From NCBI GenBank assembly GCA_950097015.1, contig CATNEN010000037.1, forward strand, positions 3,534,001 through 3,598,000: a DNA stretch of 64,000 nucleotides, written 5' to 3'. The notes under the pieces were generated by a model. It was given only the letters and a program-made list of their open reading frames with translations, had not been told where the DNA came from and did no database searches. Below are positions 1 to 14,770 of this stretch, in pieces. A program made the position numbers and the translations under genes. Source of the stretch: Macrostomum hystrix (Eukaryota; Animalia; Platyhelminthes). Position 1 is the first letter of the stretch; the number at the start of each line of letters is the position of its first letter.

Positions 1-2435
1 AATTCCCAACTTGTCAATCACTTTCTGTAGGGAGAAGGCGAGGTTTCGCGCGTGTCAGTCACTCGGGTCAAGGGCGGGTTGGTTGAGGCAGGGTGAAAAA
101 GGGAAGTGATTGAAAATCTAACAAATGCTAACGCCTGAAAGTTTTGTTAAAAATCGACCATTTTTACGAGCCTAGACCTGAGCCTGAAAGCTGAAGCACT
201 CTGCAAGCTCGGGTTATCTTATTCTTAAATACCGACTATGCCAGAAAGGTTTGCACTCAAGTAGGAAGGTTGTCATTTCAAAAAGACGAAGGTGATAGTT
301 TAAAATAACTTTTTAACTAATGATTTGATAATATATTACACCTGGCCCAGTTAAGCCAGATGTGCAGCCGACAGCACAGCCGCAACTATTGCGCGGCGCA
401 TCTGAAGGCTGCGTACAGGAAGCTGTCAACACCTACCCTGAATTACCCCAGCTGATGCGGGTACCCAGTTAACCAAACCCTACTCTACCCCAGTGGGAGG
501 GGCTGGTCAAACTGTCAAAATTGTCACACTGTCAAATAGCAATCAGCTGGGTAAACTGAAGCTAGGCTAATTTTAAGCGTATTGCTAAAGGACACAAACA
601 GTTTCAGTGGAAAATGGGCATCGAACCCCAGACCTTTCAAGTCATGATTCCGACGCTCTGCAACCATTTTCAACTGAAAAGGTAGTTTGTCTGCTCTGCT
701 ATTTGAAATGTCGTCCATTTACCAGAGTGTCGGCTCAGAGTGAGCCCTGAAGCCAAAAGTTGTAGGCTGGAATTATACCAGCTCAATAAATCCATTAAAA
801 AGTAAATGCTGCTACTTCACTTAATGTATTTTATTAGGGGTGGAGGGTAAATCTGACAGTGAGCACGTGTGCTCACGACTTGGCCATAGCAACTAATGTA
901 AAACACAGCAGGTTTTCAATGCTTTCATTCGCATTTGAAGACAATATGAATTATAGCGATAGACACTGCGGCACGCAAACTCAAACTTAAGTCTTCTAAC
1001 AAGTAATTTTCGCTGTCTCTTCAGTTGTCGCCTCGCCTACCCTAATGAAATCTACGCGTCAGATAATAACAATTAAATTTTACTGCCTCGACTCCTTCGC
1101 TGTGTTTTTTCTTGCTCAATTTTTATTTCACGCGCGCATCACACAGAAGGCCGCTGGGTCGGCCTTGTGTTCTCACAAAAGCTAGCGATGCTGTTGTAAT
1201 GCTGTTGAGCAATGACTGTTAAGCAATGTCAAAGACATCGATGCCTTTGCTAGAGTGAGCTAACACAAGAAGCAGTAAAATCATATTTCTGGCGTGTTAT
1301 TCTGGGCCAGTGCAACTCATTTTTTTTTACTTTTTTTCTTGCTCTATAAGAAATGTCTTCTCTTGCACTCCAGTCTGTTTAGAGTCTATCTACTCAACAC
1401 TCTTTAAAGTGTCAGTCTCACTTGAACAGATCCTGGAAGAGATTTCTTTCGTTTCCAGGTGTTAACGAAAAGCCATTGCTGCTGCTGTTTCAAGCTTGAA
1501 GCGGTTTTTGAAATACGAGGAGGTTGGAAATATTTTTCTTATTCCAGGAAACGCAAATTTAAAATGCACAATTTCTGCAGGTATTATCTCGTGACAGTTT
1601 TTGTGAGCCAAAAAATAGTTTATGGTTCAAATTATGGCCCAGAAAACGGATGGAAGCAAAAAGCAAAGAAAAACAGCAGCTTCTGTGGCAATGTCTGCCT
1701 GGTGCAACACTCAGGCCACAATTTACATAAAGTCTAATTTCTGGTATAGCTGCTTTTCTAAGCAAATCAGCATTTTAACCAGTACCAGGGCCTACCTCAC
1801 CTTAAGAATCCCAAGAGGGAGGGGCAAAAACCTCGGGCTGTGGGTTAGGGGATGTGGAATCTAGGATCTAGGAAAGGGGAAAGAGGATATAGCAGGAACA
1901 GCCTTAGTGGAAGGAATGCAGGAGTGACGCAACTGACAGGCCAGCAGACATTTTTTAAAGATGATAAAAAACTAAATGCGCGCTCGACCAGGTGTTCAGG
2001 GCTTTTATCTCGCCTAAGCTATCCCGCTCATCTTTTACCTGGTCAATGGCATCCATGCGCCTACTTGAACATAGATTAAATTGTTAGAGTATGAACCAGA
2101 ATGATTGAATAGGACGTTGCCGGCAGATCAGTTTGAAAAAATAGATGAAACAGTTTTGAAGGCCTGTCAAAACAATATCCAACTGAAGATGGCTAAACTG
2201 CGACCTATCATCAAATAATTATCACTGCATGATGCTACCTATGAACAAAGAGAAGGATTCCAGAAGAGTTTTAACAAACCTAAGTAGCCTAAGACATCCA
2301 GTTACATGAACAGATTGTTCAAACTATCCATACCTTCCTGAAAACGCGATATGAATAACGAAATATGAATAACCTTAGAACTTCAGGTACTCATATTAAA
2401 GCAGTTAGCTTTACTGTCAAATCCATTGCTGTGAC

Positions 2436-2704
2436 ACTGCTCTTCCCCTGGTGTCACTCTGCTCTTCCCCTGGTGTCACTCTGCTCTTCCCCTGGTGTCA
2501 CTCTGCTCTTCCCCTGGTGTCACTCTGCTCTTCCCCTGGTGTCACTCTGCTCCTCCCCTGGTGTCACTCTGCTCTTCCCCTGGTGTCACTCTGCTCTTCC
2601 CCTGGTGTCACTCTGCTCTTCCCCTGGTGTCACTCTGCTCTTCCCCTGGTGTCACTCTGCTCTTCCCCTGGTGTCACTCTGCTCTTCCCCTGGTGTCACT
2701 CTGC
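2436..2704. repeat. 22-bp minisatellite, about 12 copies
   Basis: Unit CTCTGCTCTTCCCCTGGTGTCA. Confidence 0.95.
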
Positions 2705-3094
2705 CCCAGGTTTCACACGGCTCTTTGTGTGTTAAGCTATATAAATGTCTTCAAGTATTCACTGCTCGAGTGAAAGCCAGCTAGCCAGCCACAATGAGAA
2801 ACTTTTTCCGTAAAAAAGGAGGCCCGGTGAAAAAGGCAGTCAAAGTCCAACAAAGACCATTCTGTATGCGGGCTTCAGAGTGAGTCGTTTATCAAGGCAT
2901 AAAAAATATGGCGCTCGCGTGTCAACAATGGACAAAAGAATGGCAAAATTTTAGTTGCAGAAGCGAAAGCTCTCACTGAATTGAATGCGAGTGTGAATTA
3001 GATTTGAATTAAAGCAGCCGCGACTGAAGATGGTGCTGCCCCAGCCTCACACTAGCCCAGGCAGCCTAGGATGGTATTAACAAGATTAGCGGAG

Positions 3095-3336
3095 TTAAAA
3101 AAGCAAAAAAGAGAAAATGAATGAGCGGGTGGGTATTGCACTGGACTGGCACACACAGCGGATGCTAGACCAGTCAGTGCTAGCTACTATTGTAGGGCTT
3201 TGGCGCTCTTGTTGAGTTGCAGGGAAACTTTTCCGGCTTCCCCCCGCCTCACCGCCACCAGCTCGCCTCAATTCAGGACTTTCTGCTCCCGGGTCTGTCT
3301 CTGTCTGTCTGTCTGTCTCTTTTTCCTTTGTATAGT
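3095..3336 (-). CDS. Candidate terminal exon of the IgSF gene (hydrophilic stalk plus short hydrophobic tail)
   Basis: ttgcag| phase 1 acceptor opens 80 codons, YTKEKETD...SSAIPTRSFIFSFLLF*. Phase matches the Ig exon donor. Polypyrimidine tract is poor and no homology was recognised. Confidence 0.2.
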
Positions 3337-3540
3337 CTGCAACTTAATGATTTACCTTTGTACTCATTAAGTTAGCACAGTTCTCTGACAAGCTTTAGCA
3401 GCTTATGTTAAATCAAGCCCGCATTAACTTCGTGTAGAATGTGAAAAACGTGACCAGTGGCTGCACATGAGCATCAGATGATGAAGCTTCAGGAGAAATA
3501 AAAAGGTCCATGTGATATGCTCCAGGCAGATAATTGGGCT

Positions 3541-3903
3541 CCAGGTGAGATGATTTCGCTTCAGATGAGATGATTTTGCTCTAGGTAAGATGGTTGAGCT
3601 TCAGGTGAGATGGTTGAGTTCCAGGTGAGATGGTTGAGCTCCAGGTGAGATGGTTGAGCTCCAGGTGAGATGGTTGAGCTCCAGGTGAGATGGTTGAGCT
3701 CCAGGTGAGATGGTTGAGCTCCAGGTGAGATGGTTGAGCTCCAGGTGAGATGGTTGAGCTCCAGGTGAGATGGTTGAGCTCCAGGTGAGATGGTTGAGCT
3801 CCAGGTGAGATGGTTGAGCTCCAGGTGAGATGGTTGAGCTCCAGGTGAGATGGTTGAGCTCCAGGTGAGATGGTTGAGCTCCAGGTGAGATGGTTGAGCT
3901 CCA
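3541..3903. repeat. 20-bp minisatellite
   Basis: Unit CCAGGTGAGATGGTTGAGCT, degenerate on the left edge. Confidence 0.95.
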
Positions 3904-4832
3904 TGTAAGATCACAAGGCTCCTACGAGATATTTGAGCACCTAATCACTGAGCTTATTTGAGCAGTCGATTCGATTCACGAGCTGCGGTATCGAGTGTGC
4001 CACGCAGAGTACACGTGCTTTAGCTAGCATCTCAGATGCTAAGACAGTTTCCACCATGCCCGCTCACTCATAGTTGTTTGTTAGACCAGTCTCGGCGAGC
4101 ATCTGTCGCTAGATATTTTTTGGTTCCCATTTGCTAATCTCATATTCTCTCTGTGTGTGCATTCATCTTCTAAGCAGTTTCCTTAGCTAACCAATTTGCA
4201 GAACTCGCTGAGTCATTTAGGTTAGCTGGATTCAAAAGAAACAGCTACCAGATCTATGCATATTCAAAACTATGAAAACTGCAACTATATCACTAAATGG
4301 GATAGAGAAAAAGTTTTTAATCCTTTTTACCTACTTAAGCAAGATACCCCACAACAGTTAAGCATTTTTTGCCCTAAGACAGTAGAGAACATGCTACAAA
4401 GGGAACATAAGACAGAGAAACGAGAGAAAGTAATTTCCTGTCCATTCCTCATTTTTGCTCGGCATTCTATAGACAAAAAGGGGAAGCTCAGCATTGAGCA
4501 GCGCAGCTTTCTAGGAAACACTTACTCATCCCGCGAGTTTTTTTCTAGCAGGTGTGAAGTTTTGCCCTTCCCTACATCGCCAGCCCCTAGGTGGCGGAGA
4601 CCCAACTAAATCTGCGACTGCAAAAAGGCCAACTCAAATTATTCATTCAGTCGCGTTTTTTTACCTCCACGTGAGTCTATGCTCACAGTGACTTCTGCTC
4701 ACAAATAGTGGTCGCTAAAGAGGCCTTTTGAATATTCTTTGCGTTCTAGCCTGTCCACTGATAGTCTCTCATTGTGGCCTCTTCTCATGTAGTCTTCTCA
4801 TGGCCCCTTTTCACGGCTCCCCCCATGGTCTC

Positions 4833-5376
4833 ACCTCATGGCTTCCCCTCATTTTCTCTGATCTCATAGCTTCCCCTCATTTTCTCTGATCTCATAGCTT
4901 CCCCTCATTTTCTCTGATCTCATAGCTTCCCCTCATTTTCTCTGATCTCATAGCTTCCCCTCATTGTCTCTAATCTCATGGTTTCCCTTCATTTTCTCTA
5001 ATCTCACGGCTTCCCTTCATATTATCTAATCTCATGGCTTCCCCTCATTTTCTCTAATCTCACGGCTTCCCTTCATTTTCTCTAATCTCACGGCTTCCCT
5101 TCATTTTATCTAATCTCATGGCTTCCCCTCATTGTCTCTAATCTCATGGTTTCCCTTCATTTTCTCTAATCTCACGGCTTCCCTTCATATTATCTAATCT
5201 CATGGCTTCCCACCATTTTCTCTAATCTCACGGCTTCCCTTCATTTTCTCTAATCTCATGGCTTCCCACCATTTTCTCTAATCTCATGGCTTCCCCTCAT
5301 TTTATCTAATCTCACGGCTTCCCTTCATTTTCTCTAATCTCATGGCTTCCCCTCATTTTCTCTAATCTCATGGCTT
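4833..5376. repeat. 28-bp minisatellite
   Basis: Unit ATCTCATRGCTTCCCYTCATTTTCTCTR. Confidence 0.95.
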
Positions 5377-6920
5377 TCCCCTAGAAAAATTATCTTTTTC
5401 AGCACATCTAAGCCAGCCAAAAAAGGCATTCTTCCTATCCCCATTCACGGCAGTCTGCTGTTTGTTATTCAACCGCCATTGTCCTCTCTCTCCCCATTGT
5501 CTGCACCTGCAGTTCCTTCTATTTGAGAATGTCCCGATCGCTGGCAGGAGCATCTCGGTTTCAGAGAACGCCGCCGCATATTCCACCTGCCCCCCTCAAG
5601 AGGGCAGGACAAGAATGGGCAAAATATATTCTTCCTGACTGGGACGGAGACACAAATTACTTGAAGGCAGGCCAGACACGTGCCAGCCGACGCTGTACAG
5701 TTTTTTGTTAAAAAGAAAACATAAAAATTATTTTCTTCTCGGCAACCGCATGCCGCATATGAGGAGAACGAGGGGTAGGAGAGCACGCTGCTATGAGAGC
5801 ACCGGCTTGTAGGCCCTACTATGCGTACACCGACAATCGACATCTTCAGCTGTAGAAGAAGTGGTTGTCAAAGAGCCGCCAAAGACCAGAAAAGGCGTCA
5901 CGAGTGCCTTCACAGAACAAGCACTCATGTTGAGAAAGAAAATGGGAAATTATGCGAGACCCTCCACAATGCCTAGCTGAGTTCCCTTTATTTTCCTACA
6001 GGGTGCGACAAACTAGTGACTTTTGATTGACCTCCAGGACCTCGAAACTTCAGCTCAGATCGAATCCTCCCCAAACATTTCGCAGGTGGAAACAGGCTGG
6101 AGGGACATTGGGCGCGGCGGAGGAAAATGAATCTAGCTGAATCCACTAGGGTGGGCATTATTGCCCCAAAATCTCTCCCCATCCTCCTACATCCCAACAA
6201 CAGCTGACTCCTCCCCTAAGGCGTGGACTGCTCAGGTTGGGGGTTGCTCAAACTGCAATCATCGATTTAGTTGAGACACACGTGAATACTCAGGCTCATT
6301 GCTTGTTTTTGCTTGTATAATCGGGGGGGGAGGGTTGGTCGCACAGTTTCCGGTTTGCATTTTGTGGATCGGTTTCGCGTAGACAACGCAAACTTTATTT
6401 TGCTTCTATCCTCCTCTTTCTTTGCGTAGCCAGTCCATGTATTCCTTAAACAATGAGTTTCTACCTTGGAGTTTAAACTATCTTACTCCTAAGCAGAGCA
6501 TCAATGAGGGCGTTTGTCATGTAATAGCACCAATGGTGGTATAGCGGGGGCGAATCGACAGATGGATCGTAGCTCAAGCGGATAACATTGTCTCTCCACA
6601 ATAAATGTAAAAAACACATTACAAGCTCATGGAGTGCGCCGTAATAAACACAACCTCCAAGTTTAATTAGGATCATAAAGGTGAAATTTAGATAGCCTAG
6701 GTTTGCTTTGTTTAACTTTTGTTCAGCATCGCGAAACAAAAAAACAGAATTGAACCTTCCAGAAGCAATCACGGCCTTAACTTTACAATGCCGAGCCATT
6801 TTCTGGACAATGGCAATGAGATTATGAGAATTATGCGGGGACTGTCATATACTGCTCATTTATCCATGATAATTCTTTGAGGTTTTTGTTCTATTAGCAT
6901 ACTCAATAATGAGTCATATA

Positions 6921-7535
6921 GTCATGACATACCAGATGAGGTTATGACATACCAGATGAGGTTATGACATACCAGATGAGGTTATGACATACCAGATGAG
7001 GTTATGACATACCAGATGAGGTTATGACATACCAGATGAGGTTATGACATACCAGATGAGGTTATGACATACCAGATGAGGTTATGACATACCAGATGAG
7101 GTTATGACATACCAGATGAGGTTATGACATACCAGATGAGGTTATGACATACCAGATGAGGTTATGACATACCAGATGAGGTTATGACATACCAGATGAG
7201 GTTATGACATACCAGATGAGGTTATGACATACCAGATGAGGTTATGACATACCAGATGAGGTTATGACATACCAGATGAGGTTATGACATACCAGATGAG
7301 GTTATGACATACCAGATGAGGTAATGAAATCCCAGACGAGGTAATGAAATGCCAGATGAGGTCATGAAATACCAGATGAGGTCATGAAATGCCAGATGAG
7401 TTCATGAAATACCAGATGAGGTCATGAAATACCAGATGAGGTCATGAAATGCCAGATGAGTTCATGAAATACCAGATGAGGTCGTGAAATGCCGGATGAG
7501 ATCATGAAATACCAGATGAGGTCATGAAATTCCGG
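6921..7535. repeat. 20-bp minisatellite, perfect core with degenerate right end
   Basis: Unit GTTATGACATACCAGATGAG, perfect to about 7320. Confidence 0.95.
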
Positions 7536-8562
7536 ATAAGATCAAGTCGTCATGTGAAATAATGTAAAATGTTGTGATAGAAAATCAGAAAATGTTCTAA
7601 AGGCCTGAATCAATCGTGTCAAATTGCTTAGCAGAAGTTTCAATTTACCATTTTTACCATTCTGTTGTTTAGTCCCTGAGGTCACAATTTTATCAACTTT
7701 CAATATACAGGACACAGATTTGTTTAACTAACTGTTTCTACTTTTGGCTAACAAAAACTGATCCCAACTCAAAACTAACACAGGTCTAAAAACAGCGTGT
7801 ACGTGAGTGGGCCTATAGACCTGTGCTCAGACTTATAGTCGCCTGGATACAAGCAAAACCTAGCGGCAGAGGGGGCTCAGTCACCTAGATCAAACCAGGA
7901 GTATGCAAACAAAGCCGTTTTTTAAAACAAAAATGGTGCTTAGCTACGGAATCCTAGTTTCAATCAAACTTATGTAAGGTAGGTAGGTCTCAGGCTTTGG
8001 AGAAGTTTTTAATCAATTTTAAGTAGCACACAATCAGCTACTGCGTGATTTGCCTATCAAAATAGAAACCTAACAGAACAATAAAGAAAAATTTAGTTTC
8101 TAACCGGATGACGTTAGGAAAATGCCAACTTTTATCAACATTGAAAACTAAGAAAATAGGCTGTCACACCCGATGGTCCTGAAGTCAGTCAGTCAATCTG
8201 AGGCATGCTTTATGGCACCAGGCTGTACATTCCAGTCCATTGCACAGCGAAAATAACTGAATCGGTAGGTTAAGGTTTATTTTTCCTAAACTTTCTATGG
8301 AACAAGCGCTGAGAAACGGGTATAGGATGGGATGAAAGGCCAAATGGGGGATGTTAACAAAAGAAAGTGACCATCCAAGCAGAGCGCTTGACCCCAAACT
8401 CGAAAGCGGAATATTGTGCTGCAGATTGACAGTTGCTGGGGGGATTCATTTTCGCCCAATATGACAGTGGCAGCTGCAGCTAAAGCTCTGTTGCTTACAG
8501 CTTTTGCTGAGCGCGACTGAAAGAAGCTTTTATGCGTAACATTGCGCAACATCTAGAGAGGC

Positions 8563-9184
8563 AGAGGGTGAGAGGAGGCAGTGGGTGAGAGGAGGCAGAG
8601 GGTGAGAGGAGGCAGTGGGTGAGAGGAGGCAGAGGGTTAGAGGAGGCAGAGGGTGAGAGGAGGCAGAGGGTGAGAGGAGGCAGAGGGTGAGAGAAGGCAG
8701 AGGGTTAGAGGAGGCAGAGGGTGAGAGGAGGCAGAGGGTTAGAGGAGGCAGAGGGTTAGAGGAGGCAGAGGGTTAGAGGAGGCAGAGGGTGAGAGGAGGC
8801 AGAGGGTGAGAGGAGGCAGTGGGTGAGAGGAGGCAGAGGGTGAGAGAAGGCAGAGGGTGAGAGGAGGCAGAGGGTGAGAGGAGGCAGAGGATTAGAGGAG
8901 GCAGAGGGTGAGAGGAGGCAGAGGGTTAGAGGAGGCAGAGGGTTAGAGGAGGCAGAGGGTTAGAGGAGGCAGAGGGTGAGAGGAGGCAGAGGGTGAGAGG
9001 AGGCAGAGGGTGAGAGAAGGCAGAGGGTGAGAGGAGGCAGAGGGTGAGAGGAGGCAGAGGGTTAGAGGAGGCAGAGGGTTAGAGGAGGCAGAGGGTTAGA
9101 GGAGGCAGAGGGTTAGAGGAGGCAGAGGGTGAGAGGAGGTTGAGGGTTAGAGGAGGCAGAGGGTTAGAGGAGGCAGAGGGTGAG
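8563..9184. repeat. 17-bp purine-rich minisatellite
   Basis: Unit GAGGAGGCAGAGGGT(G/T)A. Confidence 0.95.
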
Positions 9185-10282
9185 TGAATGAATTGTGTAG
9201 ATGGGGGTAGAGGGGAGACGAGGGAGAGAGGAAGAGGAAGAATAGGGGAGGTGGGAGAGGAGGGAGACGGAGAGTGGAGAGGCAGAAAGTAGAAAAACGA
9301 TCGGAGAGTTATGAGCAAAGGAGGTAGGTAGAGTCTGTGTGACATTGTTGAGTGCAATATATGTGACCGAGTGAGTAAAAAAGTAGAATAGTGGAGTCTT
9401 CATGAGTCTAGCCGGAGAAAACGGAGAGTGAGAGCAATTAGCAGCCAATATTAAAATTAAAAAAAGGTATATTGGAAGCACAAAATGGAATTAAAAAGGC
9501 AGTTCAGAAGGTCCCACAGAGTATTAGATTGAATTTTTCTTTTACCAGCAAGAATAGATTTTACTCGCAAAAGCAGTTACTCGGGATGCAGTTTTCGGAG
9601 GGCCAGAAAAAATCCTATTCAAAAAAACGGCTGCCGCCGCCCTGCATAGAAGACAATGCTAATGCAATCGGGTCCTCGAGTGATCATCGCCTGGGGTTGG
9701 GAATCGGTATCGTCTATGGACTAAGGGAAGGAAGGCTCGGATGGGAAAGAATCCCACGCGGAGGCAGTTTGTGTGGGGGAGTATTAGTGGGAGAGTAACT
9801 GCCACAACAGATGGCGGCTTCTAGAGGAAAAGCCTTCTGTGCCTCCTTCATATCCTCAAATATAGCGTTGAGAAAAAATGTTGAAGCACTCCTTCTAGCT
9901 TCTATTTTCGTTGGGAATTTGCCTTGGCTTGGGGATGAGAGAAAGTGGTAGGCAGCGGTGTTGTGTGTTTTCTAGAAAGCTGCAGTAATCAACCTAAATA
10001 AGGGTGAGTTACGCACGCTGTCAATGCTTTTTTGTTAATAATTCTCACTCACTCTCGCATCAACTACCCGCTCTGCACTGCAGCAAGCTTATCTTGTTTA
10101 GATCGCTTGAAATAGATTTACTGTGTAATGTAGCTTCACTGAAGCATGCTAAATTACTTTATATTACTCAGCATTCACCAAAGAATGTTTGCTGAACGCA
10201 ATAAGCTCATAAAAGGTACAAATATAAGTTCCCCCACTAGAATATTATGGCATAAAATGGCGTAGCCTGATTAAAAGATACA

Positions 10283-10448
10283 AAATGGCACTTTCTACTG
10301 CCTGATTGAGACACACGAAATGGCACTTTCTACTGCCTGATTGAGACACACGAAATGGCACTTTCTACTGCCTGATTGAGACAAAATATGGCACTTTCTT
10401 CTGCCTGATTGAGACACACGAAATGGCACTTTTAACAGTCTGATTAAG
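10283..10448. repeat. 35-bp tandem repeat, 4-5 copies
   Basis: Unit AAATGGCACTTTCTACTGCCTGATTGAGACACACG. Confidence 0.9.
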
Positions 10449-10570
10449 GTGCTTCTCACGTCTTTTTTAAGGAAAAGGAAGTAAAAATGAAAGCTAATTT
10501 GTAGTTGCTTCCGCTACCTAGACAGTTTCTCAACCTAGAGGCATACCGAACATTCCCCCCAGCAACTCAC

Positions 10571-10915
10571 AGATCACAACCAGCCGAATGCCCTCCTTGG
10601 CATCAAGCTGGTCAATGAAGGCATTGCATTCGTAATAACCGTCCTGCGATTTGGCCACCCGGGCCAGGCTGAGGGTGCCATTGGCCGACACCGCCAGGTT
10701 GGTCCAGTTGTGGAAGCTGGGCTCGATGGCGCAGGTGGCCGTGTCCCAGTGGCAGCGGGCCAGGAGGGCTCGGTCCGGGCCACCTGGCAAGCTGGAGTAG
10801 TACCAGAAGACATAGTGCGGGTTCTTCGAGACGTTGCAGTGTAGCAGCAGCTGGTACAACTCGGGCACGAATCGGCCGGAATTCGATGCGAGCGATACGG
10901 ACAGGGCATCGGCAG
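10571..10915 (-). CDS. Internal exon encoding one immunoglobulin (I/V-set-like) domain of an IgSF cell-surface protein
   Basis: Acceptor ccgcgcgcag|ct, donor atct|gtgagt; 345 nt, phase 1-1. Translation xADALSVSL...LLLHCNVSKNPHYVFWY...NGTLSLARVAKSQDGYYECNA...GIRLVVI has the Ig C...W...L.I....D.G.Y.C pattern. Confidence 0.85.
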
Positions 10916-11024
10916 CTGCGCGCGGAGGAAATGGGGAATTTTTTTGCTAGCATAGGATAACGGAATGTGTGCCATCTATGGATCGATAAGAGTAGGAACC
11001 AAGGCCTCAGGAAGTATAGGATCT

Positions 11025-11600
11025 ATGGATAAGGAAATGTGGCATCTAGGGGTCAAGAAACATGGCATCTAGGGGTCAAGAAGCATGGCATCTAGGGGTC
11101 AAGAAGCATGGTATCTAGGGGTCAAGAAACATGGTATCTAGGGGTCAAGAAACATGGTATCTAGGGGTCAAGAAACATGGCATCTAGGGGTCAAGAAGCA
11201 TGGCATCTAGGGGTCAAGAAGCATGGCATCTCGGGGTCAAGAAACATGGTATCTAGGGGTCAAGAAACATGGCATCTAGGGGTCAAGAAACATGGCATCT
11301 AGGGGTCAAGAAACATGGTATCTAGGGGTCAAGAAACATGGCATCTAGGGGTCAAGAAGCATGGCATCTCGGGGTCAAGAAACATGGCATCTAGGGTCAA
11401 GAAGCATGGTATCTAGGGGTCAAGAAGCATGGCATCTAGGGTCAAGAAGCATGGCATCTAGGGGTCATGAAACATGGCATCTAGGGGTCATGAAACATGG
11501 CATCTAGGGGTCATGAAACATGGCATCTAGGGGTCATGAAACATGGCATCTAGGGGTCAAGAAGCATGGTATCTAGGGGTCAAGAAATATAGTTTCTAGG
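11025..11600. repeat. 23-bp minisatellite
   Basis: Unit CATGGCATCTAGGGGTCAAGAA(A/G). Confidence 0.95.
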
Positions 11601-13884
11601 AATCAGGAAATTAGCAATCTAGGAATCGAGATATCGAGATACCTCGATCGAATCGAGAAATGTGGGATCTGTAGATAATTAATTGTGAGATTTAAGGGTC
11701 AAGAAATTGGAATCTTGGAGTAAAGAAATGTCGGAGTTATGAAATGTGGGATCTAGAGACAAAAATTGGAATCTGGATATCAATAATTTAGGTATCTAGG
11801 TATTAATAAATATAGAATCTAAAACTTCGAGAAACTTGATATCTGATCCAAAAAGAAATGCGGAATGTTGCAATTCGTACGCCTTGCTTGTTGCAGGTCC
11901 AGGAGCTAAGAGAGGTGCAATTCATTCCCAACCTATAAAGAAGCAAACTACAAACACACCAAAGCATAGGTCGGTGAATATCAGGTAATTGCACTCCTCT
12001 ACATACTCTTAGAAAATTTCCAGTTGGTTTATTGGGAATAACAGCTCAAACCAAGCGACATACCGCAGAGAGGGAGGTCGGTGCAGGAGTGAATTGGCAG
12101 TGTCAAATTACCTGACCTATCAGCCGCCCCCACCCAAACCTCACAGCTGCTTGAGATGGAAAGACTTGAATTCACGCGGGGTTAGCCATAGCGGAGTGGG
12201 GGATATTGTATTTCAAAGTGTCCAGAAGCAGATTGCTCCACCCTCTGTGCTCACACTGCCACTGGAAAATAAATTTCTGAAGTGGCATCAATATTTGAAA
12301 GATCATTAAGGATCATTTAATCAATGCTTGACCAATCTATTAGACAGAGAGGAGCACAGGTACAACAAAAATGCCTCTACCTAAAAAATCGATCATCAGA
12401 TCAGAACTTGATGGAGTGGCAAAAGATTTGTGACAATCATCGCCTCCAGTGTGATTCGTTAGACTGACAACGCAAGAAGCCGTGTAAAATTAAACAAGCA
12501 ACAGGGGGCAAAAAAGCAAATCTGTATCGGGTCTGTTCCCACGGAATGAAGCCCTAAAATGTGAGGGAATCAATTGATCAATGAATTCATTCACAAATTG
12601 CTAAGCTTGCATTAGGAACTAGCAAGTTAGGAATCGTCAGTATGCGAAGGCTGACGGAGAGAAGAAAATAAAGATCTAGAAACAGATCATACAGAAGAGA
12701 GTAACATGGATGTTTAAGAGGAGAAAGAAGAGGAACGACAGAGAAATAGATAGAACTGAGAACTGAGAACTGAAGCGAAAAGGGAAAGAGACGAGAGAAG
12801 AAAGAAAGAAGAGAGAAGATGGAAGAGGAGACAAGGTAAAGGAAGAGAGGAGAGAGAACAGAGAGGAGAAAATGAAAAAACAAGAGAGGTTGGCTGGCAG
12901 GAAATTCAGAGAATATTTAGTCGAATTCAGTAAAAAATGTGCACTGGTGTAGGTGGGCAAAGTAGGACAAAAGCAAAATAGTAAAAACTTTAAATTACAG
13001 AATAAGCTAGCTTTTTTCAACAATTTTCAAAGCCCTCCAAATTTCAGTGCTACAAATTGTGCCAATAGCGACAAAATTAGCAAAAACTAGATTCAACTGG
13101 GAACAGCTTGTATCCAACACATTGGTTCAGAGGCCGCAGCACAAGCAAGCGGAAGGCGGGGCCATATATTCTTATATTTTTTTCCTTCACGGCCGATTTA
13201 ACCCGCACTCCCCCGATCACCGAACTTGTGTCCCGCGATTAATAAAGGAGAATCAAATCCCCTCTAATCTTCTTTTTTCCTTGGTGGTTGAATTCTGTCT
13301 CATTGTAACCACTTCTTCTCGTGTTTGGACTCCGCCCCGGCGCAACCCACCAACCGGAGTTTGGCCTCGCCTCCCCTTTCACCTCTCTCACGGCTCTTCA
13401 TTCAATTCCCGCCTATTTGAAGGCCCGGAGGGAAAATAAGACTATCAATGCAGTAGAGAGACACTATCGTGAGACAAACAAGCAATCTATATTAGTATGT
13501 GTATCGACGGGTGGGTGGCACGGTTGGTGCTCCGCTTGCGAAATGCGGGCACGCAGAACACTTTTTTGTGTCAATTTGCACTGACGTCACCTCTCCTCCA
13601 TGCCACTACGGCCCAACTGCCGAGAATGTGGAGACAGCTCTCAATGCGCAGGAGTTTGCCTCTTCAACATCCAAAAGTGGCATTTCAACAGCTCTCGCTG
13701 TCTCTCTGACACAGGCAAAATTCCGCACTGCCCGTTCCCAAGCTCGCCTATGCAGAATTCAAAGAAGGCGATCGATTTCCGTACAGCTTTCCTGCTGACA
13801 AAAGGCATATAGTGCCCGATTTTCCTCCCAGACATAAAGCCACTAAAACTGTGGACTCGCAAAAGGCCAAGAAACTCCAATGCT

Positions 13885-14770
13885 AACAAGACCAAGACAC
13901 AAACTAACCACGAAACAAGACCAAAACACAAAACTAACCACGAACCAAGACAAAGAAACAAACTAACCACGAACCACGACCAAGAAACGAAGTAACCACG
14001 AAGCAAGACCAAGAAACAAACTAACCACGAACCAAGACAAAGAAACAACCTAACCACGAACCACGACCAAGAAACGAAGTAACCACGAAGCAAGACCAAG
14101 AAACAAACTAACCACGAACCCCGAACCAAGACCAACACACATAAATAACCACGAACCAAGACCAATACACATAAATAACCACGAACCTAGATCAAGACAC
14201 ATAAATAACCACGAACCAAGATCAAGACACAACTAACCACGAACCAAGATCAAGACACAACTAACCACGAACCAAGATCAAGACACAGAACTAACCACGA
14301 ATCAAGACCAAGAAACAACTAACCACGAACCACGAACCAAGATCAAGACACAAACTAACCACGAACCAAGATCAAGACACAAACTAACCACGAACCAAGA
14401 TCAAGACACGAACCAAGATCAAGACACAAATAACCACGAACCAAGATCAAGACACAAACTAACCACGAACCAAGATCAAGACACAAACTAACCACGAACC
14501 AAGATCAAGACACAAACTAACCACGAACCAAGATCAAGACACAAACTAACCACGAACCAAGATCAAGACACGAACCAAGATCAAGACACAAATAACCACG
14601 AACCAAGATCAAGACACAAACTAACCACGAACCAAGATCAAGACACAAACTAACCACGAACCAAGATCAAGACACAACTAACCACGAACCAAGATCGAGA
14701 CACAGAACTAACCACGAACCAAGATCAGGACACAGAACTAACCATAAACCAGGATATTAACCACGAACTA
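13885..14770. repeat. About 29-bp AC-rich minisatellite
   Basis: Unit AACTAACCACGAACCAAGATCAAGACACA with variants. Confidence 0.93.

Noticed and set aside
5368-6200. Short GC-richer ORFs here and at 9472-9950 and 17191-17734, as possible TE relics or exons
   Set aside because: Frequent stops, no RT, integrase or transposase motifs, and no consistent splice phases; a repeat-library search would be needed.
6570-6581. tRNA/SINE A-box-like TAGCTCAAGCGG
   Set aside because: No B box or cloverleaf downstream.
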